From the NCBI GenBank assembly GCA_001643675.2, contig LSRY02000002.1, positions 496,001-560,000 on the forward strand: a DNA stretch of 64,000 nt, read 5' to 3'. Shown here piece by piece: positions 36,701 to 45,700 of the stretch; position 1 is the first letter of the stretch; each line of letters opens with the position of its first letter. The stretch is from Monocercomonoides exilis PA203. Lineage: Eukaryota; Protista; Preaxostyla. The notes beneath the pieces are model-generated. The model saw nothing but the letters and a program-made list of their open reading frames with translations, was not told the DNA's origin and searched no databases. A program made the translations under genes and the position numbers.

Positions 36701-39700
36701 AGCAGCAAGGGTGATATCGGTAGATTGGGAAATGCAGGAGGGATGAGTGGAACGAGTGTATCATTGAATGGATCAACATTCGTGATGGTGGAGCGGGAGG
36801 ATGATGGGTCGTGTGTTGTGGAGAGTGTATGTGGTGGAAGTGTGAAGGTGGTAGTGAATGAGAGCACATTCGAGTCATGCAAGGCAGGAGAGAGTAAGAA
36901 AGGCGGAGTGGTGGAGTTCCGGCTGAATGAGGGAGGAGAGTTCCGGATGAAGGGAGGGAAGATTGTGCAAAGCAGCTGTTCGATAACACAGGGGCGGGGA
37001 GGTGGAGTGTATTTGGGGTCAGAGCTTGGAGGAGATCTGAACTTTGTATTTGAGAAGGTGTCGTTGAGCGGAAACAACGCGTTTGTGGGGCGGGACATCT
37101 TTGTTGAGTGTGTGAACATCAGCCGGCAGATCAACGAGAGCCAGTTCAAGATGGATCTGCGGCAGGAGGTGTATATCCAAGGGAATGCAATCTATGGGGT
37201 GGACAGGCGGAGCGAGACGCCAGTGAACCTGATGGATCTGATCACAGTGTATCAGGCAGCGACGATTGTGGTGTCGAGTGTGCTTGGGAAAGGAGGCAGG
37301 AACTGGCGGAAGTGCGGGACAGTGGAGCAGCCGTGTCTGACATTGGGATATGGACTGGATCATGTGGTGGCAGAGTTCAACTCGATGCTGGCGGTGGATG
37401 GGGAGAGCGAAGTGGAGATGGAGATAGATATTTTGAGCATGGTGGTGAGGTCGAAGAGCTGGGAGATGGCGAGTGTGAAGATTGGGTCGGGCATATCCTG
37501 CACAGGGGAATATATGATTGGTGTGGGAGGAAGCACTGCTGTGGAGCTGGTGGAGTTTGGTTTGCCGCGAGTCTTCCCCACTTCACACACAAGTCTCTTC
37601 TGTATGGAGGAAGGAAATGTGATGTTTGATCGAGTGAGATTTAGTTCATTGGAAGGAGACGGACACCAGGCATCAGTTCCTATTCTCATGGAGTGTGCAA
37701 GCGGGAAGTTGGAGATGAGTAGGTGTGAAATGGAGGATGTGTGTGGTAAGTGCTTGCTGAGGTGTGGAGGAGCTGTGACTGTGAGACAGTTGAGGATAGG
37801 GAATGTTGAGTGCCAAGGAGGAGGGATAGTGGTGAGAGAAGGGAGCATGGTGATTGACGAGTTGAAGGCTGAGGGGATGAGGATGGAGAAGGGGTCAGTG
37901 GTGGAGATGGAGGAAGCAGCAAGTGGAGATGAAGCTGACATTGTGCAAGTGAGTCGAGCTGTGTTTGTGAACATCTCGAGTGCTGGAGAGAGAGCAGCAG
38001 CAGTGACGAGTCGATGCAAGGGAGCAAAGTTGGAGCTGTCTAACTGTTCGTTCGAGATGTGTCAGAGCTCAGGAGCAAAGGGAAGTGTGATTGGGGTGTG
38101 GAAGAGCAGGGAGGCTATGCTGGATGGGTGCAAGATTGATGGGAGTGAGACAGAAAGCACTTCGAAGGTGAATGCAGATGCAGCTGAGGAGATCTGCAGG
38201 TGGAATGGATCTGTTGCAGACATATCGGAGAGTGTAGGGACAATGAGAGACACAACAATATGGAATGCAAAGCATGGCGCACTGTCTGTTTCTGGTGGGG
38301 AAGTGACAATCGAGAAAGGAGAATTTTTGAACAACAATCCATCTATAATGAAGTATCCATCGATAAGAAGGAACATTGTTTGCTCTGGTTCAGGCACACT
38401 GGATGTGAAGAGTCTGAAAGGTGGAGATGGCGTGCTGCCAAATACTTCGTTGTGGATTCTGAATGATGGATGTATGATGAGGGGGATTGGATCAGAACGA
38501 GAATCGTTATTGTTCATCCCCACACTTCGATCAGTTGAAACAGAGGAGAAAGAAGGAACATTGAATATTGTGTTCAGAGGCACTCTTCTTCTGCCATGCA
38601 ACCTGTCATTCATGATTGTGAAACAGGTTGGAGAAGAGAAAGAGATTGTGAAGTATTCATTTCTGGAGGAAGGGTATGTATCAGAGACTGAAGTGAAAGG
38701 GATTGCGGAGAAAGAGCTGGTCAGAAGTTGTGGAGAAGAAACAGAAGTGAGCGTGTGCATTCATTTTGGGGATGCAAATAATCCATCTTCAACTGATTCC
38801 TTCATTCTGAAAAACAGAAGTGAATCAAAAACAAATGGAGATGAAAGAATTGTTGAAGGAGGAAAGGAAGGAAAATCTTCATGGTTGTTGATAGTGATTG
38901 TGCTTTCTGCGATATTATTGGTTGTTCTTATCTCACTTGTGATGTTTGTTGTTCGATGGAGAAAGCAAAAGAGAAGAACGGAAGAATTGGAAATAATTGT
39001 GGAAGATACAGTGAAGAAAGATCCGAAGGCATTTGAGATGGTGACGATGGAGATGTCACCTGAGGAGCAATGGAGAAGAGCCGAGAGGGAGGCAGAGAAG
39101 AAAAACGATGAGAGGATCAAGAAGAGAATATATGATACGAATATGCAGCACTCAGAGTCATCCGAGCATTTATTATCTGAGAGTGGATCGACTGAATATA
39201 TCTTGGGAAGGGATTCAGACAAGATAACTCAATGGATGCTGGAGAAAGTTGACGAAAAAGAAGAGGAGGAAACAAGAAAGCGAACACCATCACCATCCAT
39301 CTCATCCACTTCAACCATTTCAACTACAGACACAGACACAACATTTGTTCGGAGAGAGGATCTGTGCCCAACCACTTCATCGATGTCGAATCTGGTGGAT
39401 GCGATGGCATGCTCGTCTCCTCATGAGAAGCTGATTGTGGACTTGAGGGATTCACTGTTCATGTTGTTGCACGGGCTGAATAAGACAAAGGAGATGGCGA
39501 TTGGGACGCTGGAAGAAAGGGAGATAACTGCTGCTCAGATCCTGTTCTGGGTGGCTAATCTTGCTCTTCATTCATTTGATGAAATGGAAAATCCTCTTCA
39601 ATCTTTAGCCAATCTGAGTCCACATATTGTTTTGTTTTCAGAGCATATAGTCATCTGCATAGTGATGCATTCTGATTTATTGTCAGATGATAGTTCAGAC

Positions 39701-40246
39701 TCATCATCCATCTCTTCATCAACTGTTGTAACTTCTGCAAGTGATGATGATGAAAGTGACTCTCTTCCCTCATCCGCGTTTGAAGATGAAGATAGTTTCA
39801 AAAAAGAGTGCCTGAGGTGGAAGGCGCCAGAGCTGCAGGTGAACAAGAAGATGGGGGCAACAAAGGAGTCAGTGTCATTCTCGATCGGGATGATGCTGTG
39901 GGAGTGCTTGACGCTGAAGATCCCGTTTGGGGATTATGAGGCAGAAGTGGCAGGGCAGAAGATTGTGAATGGAGAAAGGCAGGGTTGTAAAGCCATCGAA
40001 GGAAGTTCACTTTGTGGGTTGATTGGAAGGTGCGAAAAACAATCAGCAGAGGAGAGACCATCACTGAACGAGCTGAAGCGGGAGTTTATCCAACGCTTTC
40101 CAGCTGGTTCGTTGATGCTCACCATTTCTGATGCAATAGGACTTAATACTGGCTATGATGGGGATCGCAGAATCAATGAAAGTGGCAGGTCGGGAAGCGA
40201 ATCGTGTTCAACAACAAGCATCCATTTTATCACTGATTCTTGTTGA
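27725..40246 (+). CDS. Giant intronless type-I membrane receptor-like protein (~4170 aa): predicted beta-helix repeat ectodomain, TM helix, degenerate TKL-like pseudokinase
   Basis: First ATG at 27725 gives the signal-like MRVKLAKCNGIPILILLALVHSS. GGAL/GGAI and FxxN motifs follow, then 8 modules starting [YFH]V...G.D...CG....(P)C.T. TM WLLIVIVLSAILLVVLISLVMFVV (~38880-38955) is followed by RWRKQKRR. The C-terminus has RWKAPE, FSIGMMLWECLT..IPF and ERPSL. Confidence 0.85.
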   Translation: MRVKLAKCNGIPILILLALVHSSVEKSVNEQEGTEKGISIDFGEKGINPFERGRNEIKNKNNFFAKDISCSRNCLKDSFLKDVKEQQIEEIIEKETEKETRKRREEYIDNKDFLIINDKRREAKSIIRCQIEAWNSSVAIRKLEVFGSEKGKGIDVGRNSFLHFECVEMMVECAHESPILCIGGRILLENTSLKMEWEGKTMPPMFFSGQCSRRENELGEAKIRACSFGSFCLWDTAPFIVSPAFENVEVIGSRFANITVGSQWRFVDGGLYSCKTRLECVEYMRVEDVLDGAIVPPLSMPSSSVVSRNCTYQGNIRHPNKYDIYKGSEGRRELDASASFEDDTFEGCRTDAGSGGALSVKSSLVLLNVTRCNFTGCYAYTGGGAIDATNSKGAMVIETFFLNNTAETQGGSYNMVGNNECSLTRKCLFKNSQVYEQGRGSAFCLSVYSNYFPTSCLGSDDGNGGQAQVMDCQFVKCVNKGNYGAVMSWSYSSIFAMRSCQFIKCSSFQEGGAIRHHFVKCPGDQTNLKAFFFLFFHECSCTNGENPLGHDVRLYQTSANVNITSTPFKESYTTNTNEKRLFNMGTGKYEKDWLPTTKKLFTSCFVSTSGNDGDELCGLSDESGCRTISHSLGKCMTQFESMIFLGKGTHTSEEGEISAGNRELSVRGEGVEETVVSTNSMENGDSLLSVTSGRVFVSLFTVEHSHTKHEMRLFVVRGSGSVELKRMRMQPSNGHSSLNAFGASLIVSGAGEGKVGMEQVEIGNFVLEDAPIIDVEGKWKVTMSFTTFRNIVRLRGGGSVISKSVIEGEVLLMNNVTMQGCRCESGDGGGMAVRMESGARARVGNESEVLFGGCEAKKGQNGGGGCGGGMMIEVKEGGYDFVIDKASFEGCVATKAGSKLFVRAPQMEEVAKRERLKFAIDESNLSEVCGFENGDEANVIPLVVYLRSKPNEYYVGGRNKRDWEMCGFGDVQCASVDYAIRKHGTGAGITVVASSVAVVKGEVELMNGVVVVKGQASPPRVVIESRESGRAEGVITTAGATTSIVNLVISLPVSVGEGRSVIACRSGSVEVRQCNLEGGEGERIGYVVMQCSGGKLSVRQVAVSGLSFGGSCMVCVSNNGEGLISQTNISGGTVECENGLVYYASSGKLVVEQTKFEGITCSLSGIVVGRGGSDLEMEKCTFSGIESTAGNGSGVRCVIGDGESVVIGNSSFSGCCVEKGCGGGVCVEIEAGGYFRMGRSEEETFVEKCRSCLRDRVGGCGGGMFLKMEGGSESKGWDYEVCGVVFGTGVGKNEATRGGDNVFVKAEDLSEAVSGGKFVGVIATDKGRMREAMGFEGGDESFLIPLMFFMVEVEGVAGHVGGVNKRDFSGCGFEGYGCATIGKLVGLRFANSEKKIIVNDGFSWREKVEMSRWKWELKGVERGTNVNVAWGEAGVGNGMIHTTTETHVSNCTFGVLVKSEGVCCLIECVGGDLEMVWCVMRLSGEEGLDGASSGLLKVEGGGVVLDAFVVEGSGEIEFMGVPIDIGGGGKMKVNNSVFDCAWHRGGDGGCIGVESGTGQLRDVHVDNCTIKGKCGCGNGLRGGGMIVRQGEGAEVVIEGTKFEGCEVPEGEEGEEGGEGRGLGGGVFLLCSDGVSGFELKGLEFEGCKAWKGKNVFVEGRDLSAIVSGGSMNFERGEMEMGDLMGYERCSTGDTFGIPLGAYLDQFGGTAYVGGESDWGYDHSGCGMAYAPCRTIEQALKVRFGGVVGSGEVVAMESFELKDHVVLELQGVKLKGVVEGGETSVLVRDDGAGEGVGMLETRVNVFVKNISFSVPNEFSAARWECLFACKGEELKLENCQVEQMNGQLKMKYSLIKASGGKVVVDGLKMANMNTGGFELFDLCGGEGVFEGLEMENVVCGAESGLIGVREGSALRVENSTVKGTTMDDGSVVVFEERASVGAKNISVEGKTRKSGNGGVFAGRVGEGQKVEVKESTFVQDVCMGNPSCGGCVFVSVAGKGEFVFDSNRVERCAVVGTAGYGGGVFVELEDREAKYSLREDVFEGNAAAKGLDVFVVCGEPEVMLREDLWMGTVDEESTPEVNVWVMDSVTDTVIDLSVKKYLFPVEGAIVYVEAGRSTASDSCGSEVSPCDRFIDGFMNMGEEKTTIQMNNGNWMDYVIDRKGKSLAVRGKSAGCSLEVREHGCFRQSIGDSQTTLTLSRLDFRLPMVASEEVDGLISVSVGMVIVMNCVFGAGSGTDVGGEEAGADVRWETGMRTVRETGGEVRMNQVSVEDVNFGVDGGFVKMEGGMIIMNNTNISNVGGTGKGLIEGSGDAEFGMHKGCVEEVDATDGGVVWMEDVRSLEITEGSTFNGCRSAHGDGGGVHCEVSEGSSVCITDGVLERCCVNGESGRGGGIYLNVASSRMGDMNFDGLEFAENAGACGRDVFMECEDLNKTVTRSRFRFAVKNGEGEVIVDIKGVDQMRFVEEAVDLVVFLVEHKWGEVHVREGGYDMIGCGSEKMPCETFWRGVKNADRETVEGAKILVKGKMRVADWFDVSGIRTVCNGAGTGAATRCVMEVGEEISGGDGKCVFENNRRAGFEGVEFVLPGMFASGQEVVLLSETDEGALSMTDCVFQFESGSAMGYGVMKAIGGKVELVGCSIEKATFSGSAFEFRSNVMIEDCTMKKVKAPEEKEGGGMKMIVKGEHTLVLKNTTAEECECSVAFGRGGFLFVDCSGSLIVQPFKLNGVTFKLNRAKVGEHMFVLARDLNKTVTTTSFGFDYQGMKENGNGFVGSDESRNETDLLRYVVGYKSRKIYLSSEGQDVMRCGNVDDPCETLWKGMEQVERTEEMKEIVVGGEARVEDDWTMKNMVVSGVGGGGEEDVKDELVFSGKEGDGVLSKDPFITYAGTLCVRRMKMVVGGSGGVEKKGILSGGGTLLEMERCVVGGVGSVGELCGSVVVVKAGALVVVDMRFERMKVKGCVVMVFEGVSCNLREVRMSSQEYHEGCAISIVSSSKGDIGRLGNAGGMSGTSVSLNGSTFVMVEREDDGSCVVESVCGGSVKVVVNESTFESCKAGESKKGGVVEFRLNEGGEFRMKGGKIVQSSCSITQGRGGGVYLGSELGGDLNFVFEKVSLSGNNAFVGRDIFVECVNISRQINESQFKMDLRQEVYIQGNAIYGVDRRSETPVNLMDLITVYQAATIVVSSVLGKGGRNWRKCGTVEQPCLTLGYGLDHVVAEFNSMLAVDGESEVEMEIDILSMVVRSKSWEMASVKIGSGISCTGEYMIGVGGSTAVELVEFGLPRVFPTSHTSLFCMEEGNVMFDRVRFSSLEGDGHQASVPILMECASGKLEMSRCEMEDVCGKCLLRCGGAVTVRQLRIGNVECQGGGIVVREGSMVIDELKAEGMRMEKGSVVEMEEAASGDEADIVQVSRAVFVNISSAGERAAAVTSRCKGAKLELSNCSFEMCQSSGAKGSVIGVWKSREAMLDGCKIDGSETESTSKVNADAAEEICRWNGSVADISESVGTMRDTTIWNAKHGALSVSGGEVTIEKGEFLNNNPSIMKYPSIRRNIVCSGSGTLDVKSLKGGDGVLPNTSLWILNDGCMMRGIGSERESLLFIPTLRSVETEEKEGTLNIVFRGTLLLPCNLSFMIVKQVGEEKEIVKYSFLEEGYVSETEVKGIAEKELVRSCGEETEVSVCIHFGDANNPSSTDSFILKNRSESKTNGDERIVEGGKEGKSSWLLIVIVLSAILLVVLISLVMFVVRWRKQKRRTEELEIIVEDTVKKDPKAFEMVTMEMSPEEQWRRAEREAEKKNDERIKKRIYDTNMQHSESSEHLLSESGSTEYILGRDSDKITQWMLEKVDEKEEEETRKRTPSPSISSTSTISTTDTDTTFVRREDLCPTTSSMSNLVDAMACSSPHEKLIVDLRDSLFMLLHGLNKTKEMAIGTLEEREITAAQILFWVANLALHSFDEMENPLQSLANLSPHIVLFSEHIVICIVMHSDLLSDDSSDSSSISSSTVVTSASDDDESDSLPSSAFEDEDSFKKECLRWKAPELQVNKKMGATKESVSFSIGMMLWECLTLKIPFGDYEAEVAGQKIVNGERQGCKAIEGSSLCGLIGRCEKQSAEERPSLNELKREFIQRFPAGSLMLTISDAIGLNTGYDGDRRINESGRSGSESCSTTSIHFITDSC

Positions 40247-40818
40247 GTCCGGTGCTTGTTAATATACGCAAAAAATGATCAAAAGGAACCAAATACTGGT
40301 GAGTTTTGAAAAATGGTAAAGAGTGAAATTTTTATTTATCCTTTGTTTTCTTTGTGTTGTAATTGGTTGAAAGCAACTTACAAAAACAGAAAGAACACTC
40401 CTTTGCAAAGGAGGTGCCACTCAAACAAGTTATCAAGGAACTTTTTTCTTCTCACATTTTTTGTTTATTCATCAACAATGAAAAGACAAATCCATATTCT
40501 GAATGAAATAAAACATGGCATTTTTTAGTTTTTTTTTTTCGACCTTTCATTTCACCTTCGAAGACAGTGATAAATGATCTTTGTCTTCTCATTGAGAAAA
40601 GTTATTCGATCTAAATTCAAAAGAAAGTTTGATTTCGAAAAAGATCAGTCAAATACACACACAATTTTTTTCCAAAAAATACATGTTTTAGTGAAGAATA
40701 TGATCGTCAAAAAGATAATATTTTTATTATCACTCATCACATGAAAAAACGAAAAAATAAAACAACAATTTAAGAGCTTTGTGCTTTTTCCGTGAAAAGG
40801 ACAGACATCTTCATTTTT

Positions 40819-42230
40819 TCAGAAAACATAATTATCCATGCACTCAGCTGATGGCCCATTCAACTTGCAACAAAACGATTTCATGAAGCAAATGATCATC
40901 TCTTCGCAACCTTCGCTTTCCAGCTTTTCACATGTCCATCTTCTGGTGCTCTCCTCGTATGAATTGGTTCTTTCTCTCAGCTTCTTCAACATCTTCGAAA
41001 CAAAACCCAAGCAATGCTCAGTTGCAAGATATTCCAGCGTTGGCTGGCTCAATCCTTCCAGAACAACATCAACAGATCCGCCTCTCACCAGCACTGCAAC
41101 CGACACATCCCCCAACCTCATCAGAAACCCAACCTGTTCGATGCACCTCAGAAACATATCTTCCTCACAGCGCCTTGTTGTTCTGCCCAGCTACACGACA
41201 CACCCATCCAACCCAACACATTCTTTGGAACACAATCGACACTCTCAAAAATAAGTTCCATATTATCACCAACCATCTCATTATCAGCCACACCACCTTC
41301 TTTTCTTTCACTTCTTTTTTCTTTTTATTTTTCTCTCCAATCCACACATTCCATCAGCACTTCAAGCTCATTCGCTGCCTCTTTCCCAAAGTGCAGCTCT
41401 CCCTCAATCATATCTTCCACTCCTGCCTCTTTTCTCTTCAGCTGCAAAATCAGAAGATCACAAGCGCTCTGATACCCCATATTCGTGAGGTTGCCATGCT
41501 CCTCGTGTTGCCTGATGATTCCCAAAAGCCCTTCAACACATATCCTTGCTTTAATCCATTGTCGAAAAAAGAGAAATATCATATTCTCACAAATCCCTTC
41601 AAAAAGACAACAATGTGCACACTGAATCAATTCTCATGAACTTCAAAGCAAACAACGCATATTCTGCTTCTTTTTGCGCCTCTGCCTTCTCCTCCCCCTC
41701 CTTGTTCGAAGAAACCTTCAGGAGACAGCGAGCACACGTGGATACCAATTCCTCCTCCATGCAATAATGATACACATGCAGAGAAAAGAACACTTCACAG
41801 AGGTCACTCAGTCACTTCTCATTCTTCCCTTCTGTCTTCTTCTCCTCTTCCCCAATCGCCAACTCAAAACTCTTGCACAGCGCAGAAGAATAAAAGTTTG
41901 GATTCTTTTTATCATTCAGCATCCGCCAACATCCAATCTGCTTCATCAGCGGAACAATCTCTTCAACGATATTTTCTTTTCTCCAACCATTTTCTCGATT
42001 TCATCAAAGACTTCTTTCTTCGAAACTATGCCCAGCTCCCTTTTCACTCATGCCCCCCACCAAGCCTGCCATTTCTTTGATTTTCTGCCTTTTCTCACAC
42101 TCACGCAAATTCCCAAGCTGGCAAAGCATTTCTTCAAAAAGAGAGATATTCCATCAACACAAAACATCACATGCAAACACAAATGAAAGTCTGCACGCTT
42201 CGCCTTCCTGTCTGAAACTTCCTCACTCAT
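40819..42230 (-). pseudogene. Frameshifted member of an alpha-helical (ARM-like) lineage-expanded hypothetical protein family
   Basis: Consecutive minus-strand ORFs 41599-41793, 41325-41630, 41165-41347 and 40819-41157 each shift frame. Motifs CLLKV...E.QKE.E.AL.AL, H.NLT...YQSA, ELHF.KEAA.ELE.L..CVDW and ...E.LE.EG.EE recall a multicopy oxymonad family. That family assignment is from recall and was not searched. Confidence 0.65.
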
Positions 42231-42724
42231 CTGGAGCATCCGTTCTTTTGTCTTTTTGATCGAGAAATTCAATGCAGCAGCAGTTTTTGCAACGGAATAA
42301 AAATGCATCTCAACAAATACACAGATTTCTCAATTAAAAAACATCTGCAAACAATTGTGCTCAACAAAAGCGGAGCTGGAGAAAACAAAATAACTGATAA
42401 AAAAATGTTTCGTTTTTTATGTTTCTCAACGTTTTCAGTTTTTCTTGGAAACATGAAAAGATGTTGTCTTTCAAGCACCAACAAAGAGAATAACAGAAAT
42501 AAAAAATATTGAGAAAATAATAGAAAAACATTGAAAATACTCGATGTTGTTGTGTGAAAATGGATAAAATGCTATTATAAATATCAAACAAATCAACTGG
42601 CTGAATTTTGTTTTGACGAATTTTTCTCTTTTTTTCAACCAAAGAAATGATGTTTCTTCAAAGATCAAATAATAATTTGAGTTTTCTGAAGTTTTGCACG
42701 CAAGAACCCGAACAAATTCCTGCT

Positions 42725-45700
42725 ATGCGGCTACTCCATCTGGCCTGTGCATTTTTCTATTTTGTGGCTGCGCAGCTTGCGTCTTTAGACCACGAAAAAG
42801 CTGCAATCAAGCCAAAAGAGCAGTTTTTGCCAGCTGTACTTTTGACGAACAGTTCCTTGGAGAGCTCGAACTTGGTGCTCGATGAAAGAGGATGTTCTGC
42901 AGTTTTCTCGGTGGACAAGGACTCAAAGCTGCATTTGACGCGCGTCACTTCGTTGAAGCCTGCGAGCCATTTCCATCCGTCTTGCGTGTCAAGCGGGCAG
43001 TGCTTTTTTGTTAATTTTTCAGTTGTCTTCGAGGCAGCTTGGAATCGCTCTGCTTGCAGTTTGGCGGGGCTTTCTGGCGGAGCAGGAAGGTCATCAGTTT
43101 TGTTTTCTTCATTTGATTCTTTGGTTTTTTGCCCATTGAAATCTTCTTCGTTTGTCTGCGGGGGCATCGGAGATTCTGAGTCCGTTGAGGGATGCATCTT
43201 TTCGAATGTCACAGCAAAAGAAGAACCCATCAAGGAACTGCAAATGGCAGACCATTTATCCGCTGTTAACTCCTCTGTCCTTCTCAACAACACATTTTTC
43301 CGATGTGCAGACGTTTACTATGGAACAGTTGTGCACGGATTGTCGCCAAGTTCCCCAGCTTGTGATTTCCGATCATCATTCGACCGCTTTATTCGATGCA
43401 CACATTCACAATCAACTGAAAAATCATCAAAATTCCACTTTTCTCGAACTGAACGCGTTCCAATGGCAAATCAGCATGGAATATTTTCTAATGAAGAATG
43501 GATTGAATGTAAAGGGCAACAGGGAGGTGCAATATATTTTGACGGATATTACATTACAAAAGATTATGATCTTAATATCAGCAACTCAGTTTTTGAAAAA
43601 TGCCATTCAGATGATAAGGGCGGTGCAATATTTATATATAAAATCTACAGACACAAATGCGCTGGCTGCCACTTCTTTGGAAACACAGCAGTGAACGATC
43701 CACAAGACATTTACGTAGCAAACACTGATTCATATTACAAAATAGCAAATTTTGCATTTTCGAATTCTTATTCAACAACAACAGGGACGAGTTTTTATAT
43801 CAACGGACAAGGTAATTTTTCTAATTTTATTGCCAACATGAGCGAGCAGATGAAAACTAAGCCTTCTGGGGTTGATGGATGGGGATGTGGATTAGGAACC
43901 ATTCCATGTCAGACAATCGCATATGCGTATTCAGCTCAAAGAACAAAGTATATTATGTCAATGCTTTGCGAAGAAGGCACATACACACCTCCAGCTCTGA
44001 CGATTTCAGAAAAGCCTCTGACGTTAGCGGGCACAGGAATGGACAAAACAACGATTGGAAGCTCAGTTGCAAATAATGCTATTTTTATGGTTAGCGGAAA
44101 CAAACTGGTTGTTCAGAATTTGTGTTTTCTGCTTTCAAAGAAGAATTCGAGAATACTGAGAATGACAAGCGCCTCTTCATTTTCCTCGTCGTTGGGTCAC
44201 TCATCCAATGAACCAAATTCTTTTTATTCCTCAAATTCTGGTCGAAGCAATTCTCAGTTTGAGTCAATCAAAATCAACCAGACGGCAAACTCAGAGTTGT
44301 CTACGTCGCTGTTTTCGATTGAGTCTGGGCAGTTTTCTGTGTCAAGACTCACAGCTGTTAATATCCGGCTTTCGTCTTCGTTCTTCTCACTCTTTTTTTT
44401 CTCTTCTTGCAACAATCCTTCGATCAGCGATTGTGTGTTCGATAACATTACTGCCTGGTATTCTGCTGTAGCTTCAATATATTCTCCTATTTTCACCCAG
44501 CTCAGCTCATCAAATCTGACGCTTTCTCTTCAAAACTGCTCATTCAACAACATTACTTCGAAAGATTGTGCTACTGGTGGATGTCTTGCATTCAATGCGA
44601 AATTAACATCATTGTCAAGTGATTCTTCAATTTCGAATATTGCCTCTTCGCTCAGCATTAACAACTGTTCTTTCAGTTTGTGCGCATCCAAGCCTGCAAA
44701 CAGCAAAGGAGGTGCTATTTATGCCAATTACGGTCGGTCAAAACCAACAGAAACAGATTTTTATGTGTTCAACACGAGTTTCAGCTCAAATCAAGCCACT
44801 TTTGGAAGCGATTTGTATTTTGTATGCTTCGACTTTGAAGAAAGCGTAAATGATCAGCTGTTTGGCTTTGTTTCAACAGCAGAATCGATAAAAGGAATTC
44901 AAATGTCAATTTTTGGAGACGATTTCAATTATTTCCAAGGTGATCCTATTGATTTGATGATATTCCTGAAAGGTTATTTTGCAATGACTGTATATGCAAC
45001 ATCTGAATCAAGTGGCGAAGACATATTTTTCTGTGGAGAAATCCGTCGCAAATGCTCCACTGTGAACTATGCACTTGGCAGATTGGCAAGTCCTTCTTCT
45101 TCTTTTTCAAATGGACAAAGAACTATTTATATTTCAGGTTCTTCAACAGTAACATCTAGTGGCAATCTTTTGAGCTCGGTATCAATTTTATCTGACGTGG
45201 GTTCAACAGCAAAATCTTCTTTATCCTCTTCTTCTTCTTCCTTTTCTTCTGACAGTGTTAAAGCCAATCTTCGCATCCCATCTTTTGTTACTGGTAGAAG
45301 CAGTTATATTTTCCACTCCTCGGGCGAGACATCATTCAATTGCCTTGCATTCTCAATTGCTCCGTCGGTGACAGACGAGGTTAAACATCTGCTTCAATCG
45401 CTTGTTTCTTTGCAAAATGGAATATTAACATTAAGTGATTGCTCGTTTCAATGGGATGAATCATATTCGTCTAATTTTTATTCCTCTTCTCTCATTCTGA
45501 TATCATCTGATCAAAGAGCAGATGCCAAGCTTGTTATCAACCAATGCACCATCAGCCATTCCGCTTCTTTGGCCATTTCTGCTCCCATCTTTGATCTGTC
45601 GCAGGGTTCAATCAGCTCCCAATTCACTTCTCTTCACATTCAGAATGTCACATCCAGCAGTCGAAGCTCAGCTGTCTTTGCGTTTAAGTCTTCTTTTTCC

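Noticed and set aside
29400-39300. Many minus-strand Pro/Ser/Thr-rich ORFs, up to 387 aa
   Set aside because: They are the expected stop-poor antisense of a G-rich coding strand and show no independent motifs.
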